A DNA stretch of 64,000 nucleotides from Lingula anatina (GCA_051362555.1 CM120641.1:42972401-43036400); one strand, 5' to 3'. Shown: positions 1 through 11,754, counted from the stretch's first letter. The notes: a model not told the origin generated them from the sequence alone. Translations and numbers: made by a program.

Positions 1-2036
1 ATACATGTCCTGTGTCAGAATGAGGTAAGGAAATATCAACAGTGTCACAATTATGTCCGTAACAGTGGCATCGAAAATATGTTATTGACAGGAGACAACA
101 ACAGTAATAAACTCCTATTTGAATCTCCATTTGTCATAGTTTTAGCATTATGTTCTTGCTATGGAAAACAAGACCAATACGTTGTACAAATGTGAGGTCA
201 TAGCCTTTTGTAAAACTGCTAGTACCAAATAAGCAGATAAATAGATAATTAAATCAATGGCTTGCCATGTTTTGTTGCAGGGCTCCAGCTATGTCAGCCA
301 TCCCCCTGAGAGCTACAACTTGTTTGTCACTGCTGCTGCCTCAGATTGCATAAAACTCTGGGACCTCAGGACAAACAGGTAACTAGTTTCTATTTTGAAT
401 GCAAGAAAATTGTGTGTGTTCTTACCCATTTCAAATAACCTTACTTGGAATTAAAAAGAAACTTATCTTGATTTGGCTGAGCTTCCTTTTTAGCTTAGTG
501 CAATGTGGATGCTGGTCAATGTCATTGTCTATTTTTAGATACTAGTAATTCAATTTACCTATTATGAGTAGCAATCATTTTTGAAGAATCGGCATTGAGT
601 CTTGTATCAAGTTAAGTAGTCCCCTCAAAACTCTTCACCTTATAACATCTATTATGATTTATCTTGGAAAAAAAAACTTGTGGAATGGATTTTTGCTTTG
701 ATATGGGCTGAAACTCTATGAACACAGTTAAACTTGAATCCTGGTGTAACTCAAACAAATTTCCTAGAAGTGTTTGAGTTATTCAGAGTCTACTTTATTT
801 GTAAAATATGGTTTGACAGTTGCATATTGCATTATTTTTTTTACTACCAGATGCATAAGAAAATATGAAGGTCATATAAACAGGTCTCATTCCTGTGGTT
901 TGGCCATCAGTCCATGTTCTAGGTTTATTGCTTCTGGAGCAGAGGACAGAGCAGTAAGTATACACTGTATTTCCTCTCTCTCTCTCTTTTTTATGTGTTC
1001 ATGTTAAACTGCAAAATAATGATTTATAGCATAAATAAAATGTATTGATCAAAACTGTATGGAGACACAAACTCTACAATTATCAATGATTCTAAATTAA
1101 TTTTTAAAAAGACATTTAACATAAGTAAAAGTAGTAATGAAATAAGTAAAACATTTTTCATTACAAGATGATCCTTTACCTCCACATACATTACCGTGGT
1201 CTGTACCATGTATCCATTTGTTTTATTATTTGCAGGCTTATATATTTGACATCCGCTCAGGGACGTACCTCCACAAGTTGACAGGACACACAGATACTGT
1301 CACTGATGTAGAGTTTCATCCATTGTACCCAGAGGTCTGTAAAATTTTGAATTCTAATTTTTGAAAACCACAAATTATTTTAAGCATCACAACCCATTAA
1401 AATCTATAATAATTGAATTCTTCCTTTAAGCAGATGGCGTGCTGTCATCATAAGATTCACCAAGTTGATATCAAACTCATTGCAAGTAAAAAATTAATAG
1501 ACTGGAAAAAATACTGTTGCTCATTAAGATAGTTGTCCCTCATTTTATTGCTGCAGATATCTAGACTCTTTTAAACTAAACTGTGCAGAAATTCAAAAGT
1601 TGACTTCATTTCACTACATGGATAAATTTCATATGGATAAAATTTTTTTTAATTTCTTAAATGTTGGCTATGTTACATGTATGATCCCTGGTGGATTAAA
1701 GCAGGCAACTTTCTAATTAATAAAGCCTGTTGTTGTTTAACATGTATACCTACATGTACTAGACTTAAAATTCTAATGGTGACTGTACCCTGTATCAGTA
1801 TGCTGCATGTATCTCTTATCTTTTATGATAAATTTGTGTCCATTTGGGGTCTGAAACTTAAATATGCATTTACACATGTAAATAGGTACAAGTGGACTTT
1901 TTCAAGTTGAAAATTGGTATTAAATCTACAAAAGAGATGATGGTATAAAAGTATAAATTAAATTTAAATTATTTTCCTCTTCTAGCTGCTCACATCAACA
2001 TTAGATGGTAAGCTTAGACTTTTCAAGACCAGTTGA
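1..2036 (+). CDS. WDR27: WD repeat-containing protein 27, last five coding exons (1-24, 281-378, 851-953, 1236-1334, 1986-2036); 5' part lies outside the window
   Basis: GT-AG exons splice in frame to IHVLCQNE-GSSYVSHPPESYNLFVTAAASDCIKLWDLRTNR-CIRKYEGHINRSHSCGLAISPCSRFIASGAEDRA-AYIFDIRSGTYLHKLTGHTDTVTDVEFHPLYPE-LLTSTLDGKLRLFKTS*. This shows WD40 GH/WD motifs and matches the WDR27 C-terminus as I recall it. AATAAA at ~2880. Confidence 0.88.
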
Positions 2037-2220
2037 TGTCTCCTCCTCTGTTAGTATGTGGATATGGCACAAATAACCTTAGAAATCTGGACATGGCTGG
2101 CATTGCATTCTGGAGAGCAATCAGACAGGTGTATAATGATATAGCTCCTCCAGCACAAGATGTGGGCTCCTGTTGTGCAGTGTGAGACCAATTTCTAAAA
2201 CCTACAGCTTAAGAGTCTTA

Positions 2221-2444
2221 GAATGCATTTAGATTCGCACATCATGCTAGCTGGGTCAATCCAACTTTGCCGAGTATTTTCTTCTAAGTTCAATCAGTGG
2301 AATCAGCCTAATTGTCTGACAAACCTCGAGCAGCCAGGGTGTAATTTACTATTGTGTGATGAATAAGCTAATTGCAATGTGGCAAGAATCCTTTGTGGAG
2401 TTTTACCGACCCAGCTAGTACAATGTGTGAATCTGAATGCGGTC
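2221..2444. mobile_element. Tourist/PIF-Harbinger-like MITE in the WDR27 3' UTR
   Basis: Imperfect ~37-bp terminal inverted repeats (GAATGCATTTAGATTCGCACATCATGCTAGCTGGGTC / GACCCAGCTAGTACAATGTGTGAATCTGAATGCGGTC), flanked by TTA on both sides (2218-2220, 2445-2447). Confidence 0.65.
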
Positions 2445-3513
2445 TTACAGATGAAACTGATGACTAGAAATTGCAATCAGCTTTAGCCTCTGACTTTTAT
2501 TGATCCTCAATACAGCTATGCATAGATATCTGCTTGCTGCATTTTAATACGCTGTGTGGTCCAGAAACATGCAATATTGTATATTCTATTTTAAGGATTA
2601 CTGTGATAGGAAAATTCACCTCTGTGGATTTTGCATTTATAAGGTGTATTTTAAATGCAAACTTATGGCTGGTAAAAATGTGAATCTATCTTCATATGTT
2701 GTTAAAGAAGAGGAAAATTCACCATCTCTATTTTATTTACTTAAATCATTAGTAATTCCACTTTCGTAACTGTTTGGTCATAACTTTTGTAGATAAAAGT
2801 GTAAGAGCTAGTAAAGATTATTGTTATTATTGTGTATCTCATCTGAAACAGCTCGATATGAACATTTTTTGTGCTGGTTAATAAATTTATTTTGATAGAA
2901 AATATTGCTCACTATACTCTGCATGAATTCCATTTCAGTAACTCACAAATGCAAGTAACAAAGTTCAGTGTATGATCTTTTTTATTTCACATTAAGTGCC
3001 AGTTTCAACTTTTATGGAAAACACATTTTATAACCTGGAAATATAGAGTATAATTTAAAATTTTTTTTTAATTTAAAAAATTCCACTGAGAGACATAGAT
3101 AGCCTGCTAAGATTGCACAAACAACCAGATATTAGCTTAAATGTAGAACAGTATTCCAATAGTCATCTTCAGTTATGAATTTCGATCTACATTTATAACA
3201 ACCGTCTTCATTTACAGATTCTGATAAATTGCAAACACAAAATGCATTTTTCTTTTGAAAGCAATGCCTAAGATAATGACATTTTATATGATAATGAGAC
3301 AATGCTTTGTCTTCAGCATTTGGTGACCTTCATTTGGCTATAAATGACACAGAGTATAAGATAAAATCAGAGTTTAAGAAGCCACTTAGATACAAAATAA
3401 AATCTTATAAACAAGAGTGTAGAACTACTGTTGTCTATTTTAAGGAAATCATATACATGTAGTTACACTAAAAACACTACATAATTATACACTTAAAACA
3501 CATGCATGTTCCT

Positions 3514-5106
3514 TCACTCAGCGCTATCACTACTTAACTTTTGTATTTTAGGCTGCTTCTTGTTCCAACTTCTGAGATTTCTATTGGCCTTATTCATAGC
3601 TGTTACACACCTACTCCACATCTTTTGTGGATTATTCTGAAAATCTGTGGGATACATATTTTGAACACAGTCCTTAATGAATTGTATACGAATGGGGCAG
3701 AAAGCTGTTCTTTTAACTGCAATATTTTCCATTCCTAAAACATTTTTATCATCTTGCAACCGCTCAGCTCTACTAAATATTTTACACATTATTTTTACAC
3801 AAAAGCCTTTAGCATCGGGTGACTTGTATTTAATTTGCTCTAATTCATGTCGAGTGATACCTAATGGGGAAAATTGCACAGCATGTGGCATGAGTGGCAT
3901 TTGAGAGTTGTGTATCAATGGTGTGGAGGATGAGATAGCATTAGATATATGACTGTTCTGGTCTTCAGCTTCAGGTCTCCCAGGGCCAGAAATGGAGTTT
4001 GCTCCATGTAGTAAGGATGCCCCAGCAGCCACTCCAGTATCAGTTTGAATGTGACAAGTTTCATGCCGCTTTGTCTCTCCAAAATCAGCAAATGTCTTAT
4101 CACAAACTATACACTTGAATTCTTTGCTGGAAGTTGCATTTATCTGTCTGTGTTTTCTTTCACATTCAATCACTACACTACAGCTGCTGTAGTACTCATT
4201 ACAGACTGAACATATGAAAATTGTAGTACCCGTTTTAGAACATTCGTGGCCACACACTAAACTTTGTCCAAATTCACTGTGTGTAGCAAAGCAAAACTTG
4301 CATGATGGAATTTTAAATCTTTCTTTACTGGAGCTAATTTGTGCAGAAACAGTAAGCTGACCAGAAGATGTGCAATTCTTATTTGAATCATTGTCAAATT
4401 GCTGGTTAAAACTTTCCAGTGACATACTAATTGTTTCCCTGTTGGCTTGTAGCTTTGGGGTTTTCTTGGGTTTCTGCTCAACTGAATTGGGGCTCTTTGA
4501 TATTTTACGTTTTAAAAAGGATTCCATATTTCTTGAATGACTGCCTTGTCTATCGACTGTTGAGGTGATTTCTTTTTCATTTGTTTTCTCTGTGCTATTT
4601 GGCATTGCATCAGTGCACTGATGAGTAATGCCTTTGTCAATTGTCTTTGAATACAACATTTCTTCCTCACTTGCAAAATGGTCATATTTAACAAGATTGG
4701 TACAGTTCTCATTACTGGACTGAAAACTTTCATAGCACTCAACATGCATATCTAAATCAAGATCATCTTCACAGTGTCTACTGAATGAATCTGTATCTGT
4801 CTTAACAAAATCCTGTGAAAAGTCAGCAAAGCTGGACTCTCTTTGTAAAGTGCTTGTGTCTGTTTGATTTGTTTTCTGGCTATCTACCAAAGTTTGACCT
4901 GCAGCAATTACTACTGGACAATTCAGGAGTGGAGATCTACTGACTTCACTCATCCTTAACACACTGTCACATACAGAACACCTTAAAGTCAAAGTCTGTT
5001 GTCCATCCTCTTTTGTTATAACATCCATCTTCATATGGATCAGCAGGTGTCCCTCTTGGCATATCTGTTGGCTTGAAGAAGCTGGTCTGCTCACATCAAT
5101 TCCCAT
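3514..5106 (-). CDS. Zinc finger + BEN-domain protein, cluster copy 1 (530 aa, single coding exon)
   Basis: Intact ORF containing CQEGH..CSVC, CKFC..HEC, CSVC-x12-C-x3-H and CIVC-x12-H-x3-H, plus a C-terminal FCVKIMCKIFSRAE..NVLG..CPIRIQFIKDCV..YP..WSRCVTAMNKANR matching the BEN pattern. Splice acceptor 23 nt upstream of the ATG; upstream non-coding exon donor (GTAAGT on the - strand) at 5783-5788. Confidence 0.85.
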   Translation of the reverse strand: MGIDVSRPASSSQQICQEGHLLIHMKMDVITKEDGQQTLTLRCSVCDSVLRMSEVSRSPLLNCPVVIAAGQTLVDSQKTNQTDTSTLQRESSFADFSQDFVKTDTDSFSRHCEDDLDLDMHVECYESFQSSNENCTNLVKYDHFASEEEMLYSKTIDKGITHQCTDAMPNSTEKTNEKEITSTVDRQGSHSRNMESFLKRKISKSPNSVEQKPKKTPKLQANRETISMSLESFNQQFDNDSNKNCTSSGQLTVSAQISSSKERFKIPSCKFCFATHSEFGQSLVCGHECSKTGTTIFICSVCNEYYSSCSVVIECERKHRQINATSSKEFKCIVCDKTFADFGETKRHETCHIQTDTGVAAGASLLHGANSISGPGRPEAEDQNSHISNAISSSTPLIHNSQMPLMPHAVQFSPLGITRHELEQIKYKSPDAKGFCVKIMCKIFSRAERLQDDKNVLGMENIAVKRTAFCPIRIQFIKDCVQNMYPTDFQNNPQKMWSRCVTAMNKANRNLRSWNKKQPKIQKLSSDSAE

Positions 5107-5788
5107 ACTGGTAGAGTTAACAGTGGATTCTGACAGATAAAGACAACAGAATATTGTAAATATGAAAAGGCATGTTGTGTTTTGTTATTCCAGTGATCAT
5201 GAAGCCATAATCGACTTCGTGTTTATATAGAAGTGTCAGTCTCCAATTCATGGAGATTTGACCTGTGACAATTGCATATCAATTTTATGCTTGCATGACT
5301 TCAATCGATGCCTTCATTATCCAAAGTTACTGTAATGTACTCAGACGTACTACCCACATCTAAAACTAATATGCAAAGATGAGTGTCAGAACAGTTGATT
5401 CATATCTCTCTGTTTAGAATATTCAGATAATGTTTTAAGTAACTGTAAAATGACAGTGAGCTACAGGTACATGTAGTACGTCCACTTTCCTGCTGGTGTT
5501 CTCAAATATTTTTCTAACTTCTCAGCTTCTAAAATTAGGTTACACACTGTTGAAAGCCTAATAGTTATGATGTTGACAGCATTATGAATAAGGTAAATTT
5601 TATCTGTTCGTCAACTATTTATGTTGTAGAGGACAGATAAGCTACCAAAATATACACCTGCTGAAGACTGGCAATAATGCGTGAAGTACATGTACATACA
5701 AGTACACGTTCATTGTACACTTCATGTACGTTTTGGAGGGGTTCAGAGATCTATTTTGTAAAACATTTGCTAAAATGCTGATACTTAC

Positions 5789-5965
5789 TTTCAAATTGTA
5801 TCTGGTAGACTGATCGTTTCCGCACGCCTGTCACTAATGAAATACTTCAAGGAACATTTTCGAACAGCAGCGGTAATTATTTGGTTTGCACTCCATGTCC
5901 GCCGACATGAATTGATAAAAAAATACCCACTGATACAAATCTTATACCAAGATAAGACAAATGGT
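5789..5965 (-). promoter_or_regulatory. Conserved 5' non-coding exon / core promoter block of the ZnF-BEN genes (also ~9810-9985, ~14010-14240, and ~29150-29350 on +)
   Basis: Copies 1, 2, 3 and 6 share TTTGTCTTATCTTG(G/A)TAT, GGCG(G/A)ACATGGAGTGCAAACC and a downstream GTAAGT donor, while the flanking intron sequence diverges. Confidence 0.6.
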
Positions 5966-6274
5966 TACTAACTTCATGTTTAATTTAAAGTTAATTTTAA
6001 TTTAATTTTTCTTAAACTTTATGTAATCGTGTTTAATCATTAGTTTTCAAGAAATGGTAGTTACCAGCTACATAGGCATCATGTCCATGGAAATATTACA
6101 TATGCAAACAAAACATAGAAATTAAAGTTATACAAGGTGTTCAAACTTAAGATGATTTACAGGTACATGGAAGTTGCAACTTAAAAACTTACCAGTAGAG
6201 CTAACAGCCTTTGCAACAGGATGCACAGATAGCTTACAAATATTGACACTGCACATGAAATATCAAATAAGTTG

Positions 6275-6571
6275 CAGGGCCGGATGCAGGATTATTTGAA
6301 ACTTTTTATAATGGGGAGGGGGGGGGAGGATGACAGGCCTCTAATACGAAGCTGACCCTCAGGCCCCTTGGGATGGGGTTTGGAGCCCACTGAATAAAGG
6401 GCCCCTGAAAAATTTTCGTCTGTTGGAGGGCAAACGGTGCCATTTGCTACGGTTTAGAACAAAGAATCAGCTAGTCAGAATCCTAATGTCAAGAGGGCCG
6501 AATATTAGTGTGATTTGTTTTTCAGAAACCAAAGGGCGGGGGTGGGGGTGGCAGGATCCCCCTGACCCCCC

Positions 6572-6602
<31 letters not shown>

Positions 6603-6617
6603 ACACACCCGCCACTG
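6275..6617. mobile_element. hAT-like MITE remnant, duplicated with the tandem unit (second copy 10273-10628)
   Basis: Starts CAGGGCCGGATGCAGG, ends CCCGCCACTG, and has G-run/C-run subterminal tracts typical of non-autonomous hAT-like elements. No clear target-site duplication (TSD). Confidence 0.45.
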
Positions 6618-7575
6618 TGATGACCCAGAAGGTAAGTCCAGGTGTAATGGTTGAAAATTTTAAGTGAGTGAGTGTGCGTGTGTGGGGTGTAACCATTTAA
6701 ATAATGAATTTTTTTTTATATGATAGGAAGAAAATAGTGAAATATACATACTCAAGTTGAACAAAATACATGAAGAATGGGGTCGCAGGCCAAGGAAATT
6801 GTGACAAATTTTCTCATGACAATGTGTCATTGCTTTGAATTATCTTTTCTTCAAAAGTTTACTAATACGTCACTAAAAGGTGATCAGTAATAATATTTAG
6901 TAGCTAGAAAATTCAGTATCCATTTTTACTCCAACAGTTATATTCCTCAAGATATTTTACTCCCTAAACTTCAAATTAAGTACATCGTTCATGGTTTTAG
7001 GAGCACTGACTCAAAAGTACAGATCAGATTTTTTTCTGCTTTTGAATTATACCCTGCTTTCTGACGACACGATTTTAATGCAAAGTTGAAGTCTTAGTAA
7101 TATACAGTTTTGGCTGATGTAGTACACGTTTATTACTGCAAAAAGATTGTCAAATTAAGGCACTAACACCAACTTGGAGTGCTTAAATATATTGTCTGTT
7201 TGATAACGTCATGATTAAATAGACCTTATAACAAAAACAGTGCTCATAGTTGTGCAGGTGCCAGCTAGAGATCTATCTAAAAATAACAACTTTCACCCCT
7301 CCCCCAACACCACCACCACCACCACCACCACCAAAAAAGGCTAATGTTCCATCATCAACTTGAATTACATAATTCATTCCAATGTATTTTGTTGGAACAA
7401 CACTACCACATAACATTACAAATGGAACACAGAATCTAGAGCACTGCCAGAAAAGCAAACTGATGGCATGAATGAAATCAGTTTACACAGAAGGTCAAAT
7501 ACTAAAAAAAAAAAAATGCAGAACACACACAAAAAAAAAGACATGCATGTTCTTTCACTCAATGACATCACTGTT

Positions 7576-9204
7576 TCACTTTTGTATCCTACTCTGCTTC
7601 CTCCTTATGCATCTGAAACCTCTATTGCACGAATTCATGGCCGCTACACATGCACTCCACATCTTGGATGGATTATTCTGAAAATCTGTAGGATACATAT
7701 TCCAAACACAGTCCTTGATGAATTGTATACGAATGGGGCAGAGACTTTTCTTTTTGAGACCACCTGTCGAAATTCCTAAAACATTCCTATCATTTTGCAA
7801 CCGCTCATCACTACTAAAAATTTTGCACATTAATTTTATACAAAAACTTTTAGCATCATGTGCCTTGCTCTTAAGTTCCTCTAATTCATTTTGTGTAATA
7901 CACAGTCGGGAAAACTGAAAAGCCTGTGGCACTTGAGAGTGGTGTATTGTAGATGATGTGACAGCATGAGATATATGACTGTTCTGGTGCATGAGTGGCA
8001 CTTGAGAGTGGTGTATCAATGGCATGGATGATGTGATAGTATTAGATATATGACTGTTCTGGTAGTCAGGTTCAGGTCTCCCAGGGCCAGAAATGGAGTT
8101 TGCTTCATGTAGTAAGGATGCCCCAGCAGCCACTCCAGTATCAGTTTGAATGTGACAAGTTTCATGCCTTTTTGCTTCTCTGAAAGTAACAAATGTCTTA
8201 TCACAAACCATACACTTGAATTCTTCCTTGATGAAAGTTGCATTTACCTGTCTGTGTTTTCTTTCACATTCAACCAATAAGGTACAGCTGCTGTAGTACT
8301 CATTACAGACTGAACATATGAAAATTGTAGTGCCCGTTTTAGGACATTTGTGGATACACAATAAATTTTCTCCAAAGTCACTGTGGGTAGCAAAGCAAAA
8401 CTTGCATGATGGAATTTTAAACCTACGTTCACTGGAGCTAATTTGTGCAGAAACAGCAAGCTGACCAGATGATGAGGAATTCTTATTTGATTTGTTATCA
8501 GATAGCTGGTTAGAACTTTCCAGTGACACACTAATTGTCCCCCTGTTGGCTTGTAGCTTTGGGGTTTTCTTGGGTATCTGCTCAACTGAAATGGGGCTCT
8601 TCTGTATTTTACGTTTTAAAAATGATTCCATATTTCTTGGCTGACTGTCTCGTCTTCTTGTACCTCTATCTACTGTTGAGGTGATTTCCTTTTCATTTGA
8701 TTTCTCTGTGCTATTTGGGATTGCATCAGTGCACAGTGGTGAAATGGTTTTGTCAATTGTCTTCGAGTTCAACACATCCTCCTCATTTGCACAATGGTCA
8801 ATATTGTTACAATTCTCATTACTGAGCTGAAAACTTTCATAACTTTCAACATGCATATCTAAATCAAGATCATCTTCACAGTCATCACAGACTGAATCTG
8901 GATCTGTTTTAACAAAATCCTGTGAAAAGTCAGCAAAGCTGGACTCTCTTTCAGAAGTGTTTGTGTCTGCTTGATTTGTTTTCTGGATACTTTGACCTGC
9001 AGCAGTTACTACTGGACAATTCAGGAGTGGAGATCTACTGACTTCACTCATCCTTAACACACTGTCACATAAAGAACACCTTAAAGTCAAATTTTGTTGT
9101 CCATCATCTCTTGTTATAACATCCATCTTCATATGGATCAGCAGGTGACCCTCTTGGCATATCTCTTGGTTTGAAGAAAGTGGTCTGCTCATGTCAATTC
9201 CCAT
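7576..9204 (-). CDS. Zinc finger + BEN-domain protein, copy 2 (542 aa)
   Basis: Intact ORF with the same motif order as copy 1. In-frame internal duplication of QNSHIS..TSS..IHHSQVP before the BEN domain. Confidence 0.85.
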   Translation of the reverse strand: MGIDMSRPLSSNQEICQEGHLLIHMKMDVITRDDGQQNLTLRCSLCDSVLRMSEVSRSPLLNCPVVTAAGQSIQKTNQADTNTSERESSFADFSQDFVKTDPDSVCDDCEDDLDLDMHVESYESFQLSNENCNNIDHCANEEDVLNSKTIDKTISPLCTDAIPNSTEKSNEKEITSTVDRGTRRRDSQPRNMESFLKRKIQKSPISVEQIPKKTPKLQANRGTISVSLESSNQLSDNKSNKNSSSSGQLAVSAQISSSERRFKIPSCKFCFATHSDFGENLLCIHKCPKTGTTIFICSVCNEYYSSCTLLVECERKHRQVNATFIKEEFKCMVCDKTFVTFREAKRHETCHIQTDTGVAAGASLLHEANSISGPGRPEPDYQNSHISNTITSSMPLIHHSQVPLMHQNSHISHAVTSSTIHHSQVPQAFQFSRLCITQNELEELKSKAHDAKSFCIKLMCKIFSSDERLQNDRNVLGISTGGLKKKSLCPIRIQFIKDCVWNMYPTDFQNNPSKMWSACVAAMNSCNRGFRCIRRKQSRIQK

Positions 9205-10585
9205 ACTGGTGGAGTTAACAGTGGATTCTGAAAGATAAAGACAACAGAATATTGTAAATATGAAAAAGCATGTTGTGTTTTGCTTTTCCAGTGATCATGA
9301 AGCCATAATAGAGTTGGTGTTTACATAGAAGTGTCAATCTCCACACATATATTCATGGGAATTTGACCTTTGGCAATTGCATATCAATTTTATGTTTGCA
9401 TGACCTCAATCGATGCCTTCATTATCCAAAGTTATTGTAATGTACTCAGACGTACTACCCACACCTAAAATTAATATGCAAAATAGAATGTCAGAACAGT
9501 TGATTCACATCTCTCTATTTAGAATATTCAGATACTGTTGTAAGTAACTGTAAAATGACAGTGAGCTAGTACGTCCACCTTCATGTTGGGGCTCTCAAAT
9601 ATTTTTCTAACCTCTCACCTTCTCAAATTAAGTCACACACTGTTGAAAAGCCTAGTTATGATGTTACACCTGCTGAAGACTGACAATAATGCGTGAAGTA
9701 CATACTGGTACACGTTCATTGTACACTTCATGTACGTTTTGGAGGGGTTCAGAGCTCTATTTTGTATTTGCCCCTTTCAAAACATTTCCTAAAATGCTGT
9801 TACTTACTTTCAAATTGTATCTGGTAGACTGAACGTTTCCGCACACCTGCCACTAATGAAAAACATCAAGGAACGTTTCCGAAAATCAGCGGTAATTATT
9901 GGGTTTGCACTCCATGTCCGCCGACAGGAATTGGTAAAAAAATACCCACCGATATAAATCTTATACCAAGATAAGACAAACGGTTACTAACTTCCATGTT
10001 AAATTTAAAGTTAATTTTAATTTTTCTTAAACTTTATGTAATCATGTTTAATCATTAACTTTCAAAAAATGGTAGATACCAGCTACATAGGCATAATGCC
10101 CATGGAAATATTACAGACGCGAACAAAACATAGAAATTAAAGTTATGCAAGGTACAGGTACATACATGGAAGTTGCAACATAAAACTTACCAGTACAGCC
10201 AACAGCCTTTGCAACAGGGTGCACAGCTAACCTACAAATATTGACACTGCATATGAAATATCAAATAAGTTGCAGGGCCAGATCCAGGATTATGATTATT
10301 TGAAACTTTTTTTATTTTGGGGGGGGGGGGGGGGGGGGGGGGGAGGGGGGGGTTTGAATACGAAGCTGATCCTCAGGCCCCTTGGGATGGGGTTTGGGGC
10401 CCACTGAATAAAAGACCCCTGAAAAAGTTTATGTTAGAACAAACTGTGCCATTTGGTATAGTTTAGAACTATGAATCAGCTATTCAGAATTCTAATTTCA
10501 AGAGGGCCAAATATTAGTGTGATTTATTTTTTAGAAACCGAAGGCTGGGGGGTGGGGGTGGCAGGACCCCCCTGACCCCCCCCCC

Positions 10586-10616
<31 letters not shown>

Positions 10617-11412
10617 ACATCCCCACTGCGTTGACCCAGAACGTAAGCATCGAAATGTATGTATCATAAATACTGTATCATGGAAATAATTAATAGTTAT
10701 AATATTCATAATGTGTGTGGGGTGTAACGATTTGAATAATAAATTATTTTTAAAAACTGATAGGAAGAAAATAGCGAAATATACATGAAAGTTTATAAAA
10801 ATAGAATGGGGTTGCAGGCCAAGGAAATTGTGACAAATTTTCTCATGACAATGTGTCATTGCTCTCAATTATCTTTTCTTCAAAAGGTTTACTAATACTT
10901 CAGTAAAAGGTTATCAGTTATAATATTTAGTAATTAGGAAATCCAGAAACCATTTTTACTCCAACAGTTATATTTCTGAAGATTTTTTACTCCCTAAACT
11001 TGGAATTAAGTACATTGTTCATGGTTTTAGGAGCAGTGACTCAAAAGTAGAGATCAGGTCAGATTTAATGCAAAGTTGAAGTCTTAGTAATACACAGTTT
11101 TGGCTGATGTAGTATACTTTTATTACTGCGAAATGAATAGTCAAATTAAGGCACTAACACCAACTTGGAGTGCTTATTGTCCATTTTGTTAACGTCATGA
11201 TTAAATAGACCTTTTTACAAAAACAGTGCTCATAGTTGTGCAGGTGCCAGAGGTCTATCTAAAAATAACAACTTTCACCTCCCCCCCCCCAGCACCACCA
11301 CTAAAAAAGGCTAATGTTCCATCGTCATCTTGAATTACATAATTCATTCCAATGTATTTTGTTGGAACAACGTTACCTCATAATATTAAAAATGAAACAG
11401 CACAGAATCTAG

Positions 11413-11629
11413 GATCCCATTCCCACAGAATTTAGATCAATCTATCCCTGTGAGGAGTCTCACTAGATAACGGTCAGCTTAGCCGGCTTTTTAAAGCGTC
11501 TGTTCCACCTACTAAAAGCTGTAAGGGGGTAATTAACTGTCGTGCGTGCTCGGCTGACTGCAATTTAGCGTGAACCCCCAGGGAGTTAGGTCGATCCAGA
11601 TGGATCAATCTAAATCTGTGGGAATGTAC
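11413..11629. mobile_element. MITE insertion with TCTAG target-site duplication
   Basis: Terminal inverted repeats CATTCCCACAGA(A)TTTAGAT / ATCTAAATCTGTGGGAATG, with TCTAG at 11408-11412 and 11630-11634. The paralogous site at ~7430-7450 is empty (CACAGAATCTAGAGCACTGCC). Confidence 0.75.
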
Positions 11630-11754
11630 TCTAGAGCACTGCCAGAAGTGCAAACTGATGGCATGAATAAAATCAGTTTACATAGGTCAAATATTAAAAA
11701 AAAAAGCAGAACACTTAAGACATGCATGTTCTTTCACTCAAAGACATCGCTATT

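Larger units (their letters stand above)
5107..11750. repeat. ~4.1-kb tandem segmental duplication unit (gene + intron + promoter + intergenic)
   Basis: 5107-7560 aligns by eye at high identity with 9205-11750. ATGs of copies 1-4 are at 5106, 9204, 13251 and 17105 (spacing 4098, 4047, 3854). Confidence 0.9.

Noticed and set aside
3541-4745. Short overlapping or antisense ORFs recurring in each ZnF-BEN copy
   Set aside because: Shadow frames repeated only because the genes are recent duplicates; their starts and stops are inconsistent between copies.
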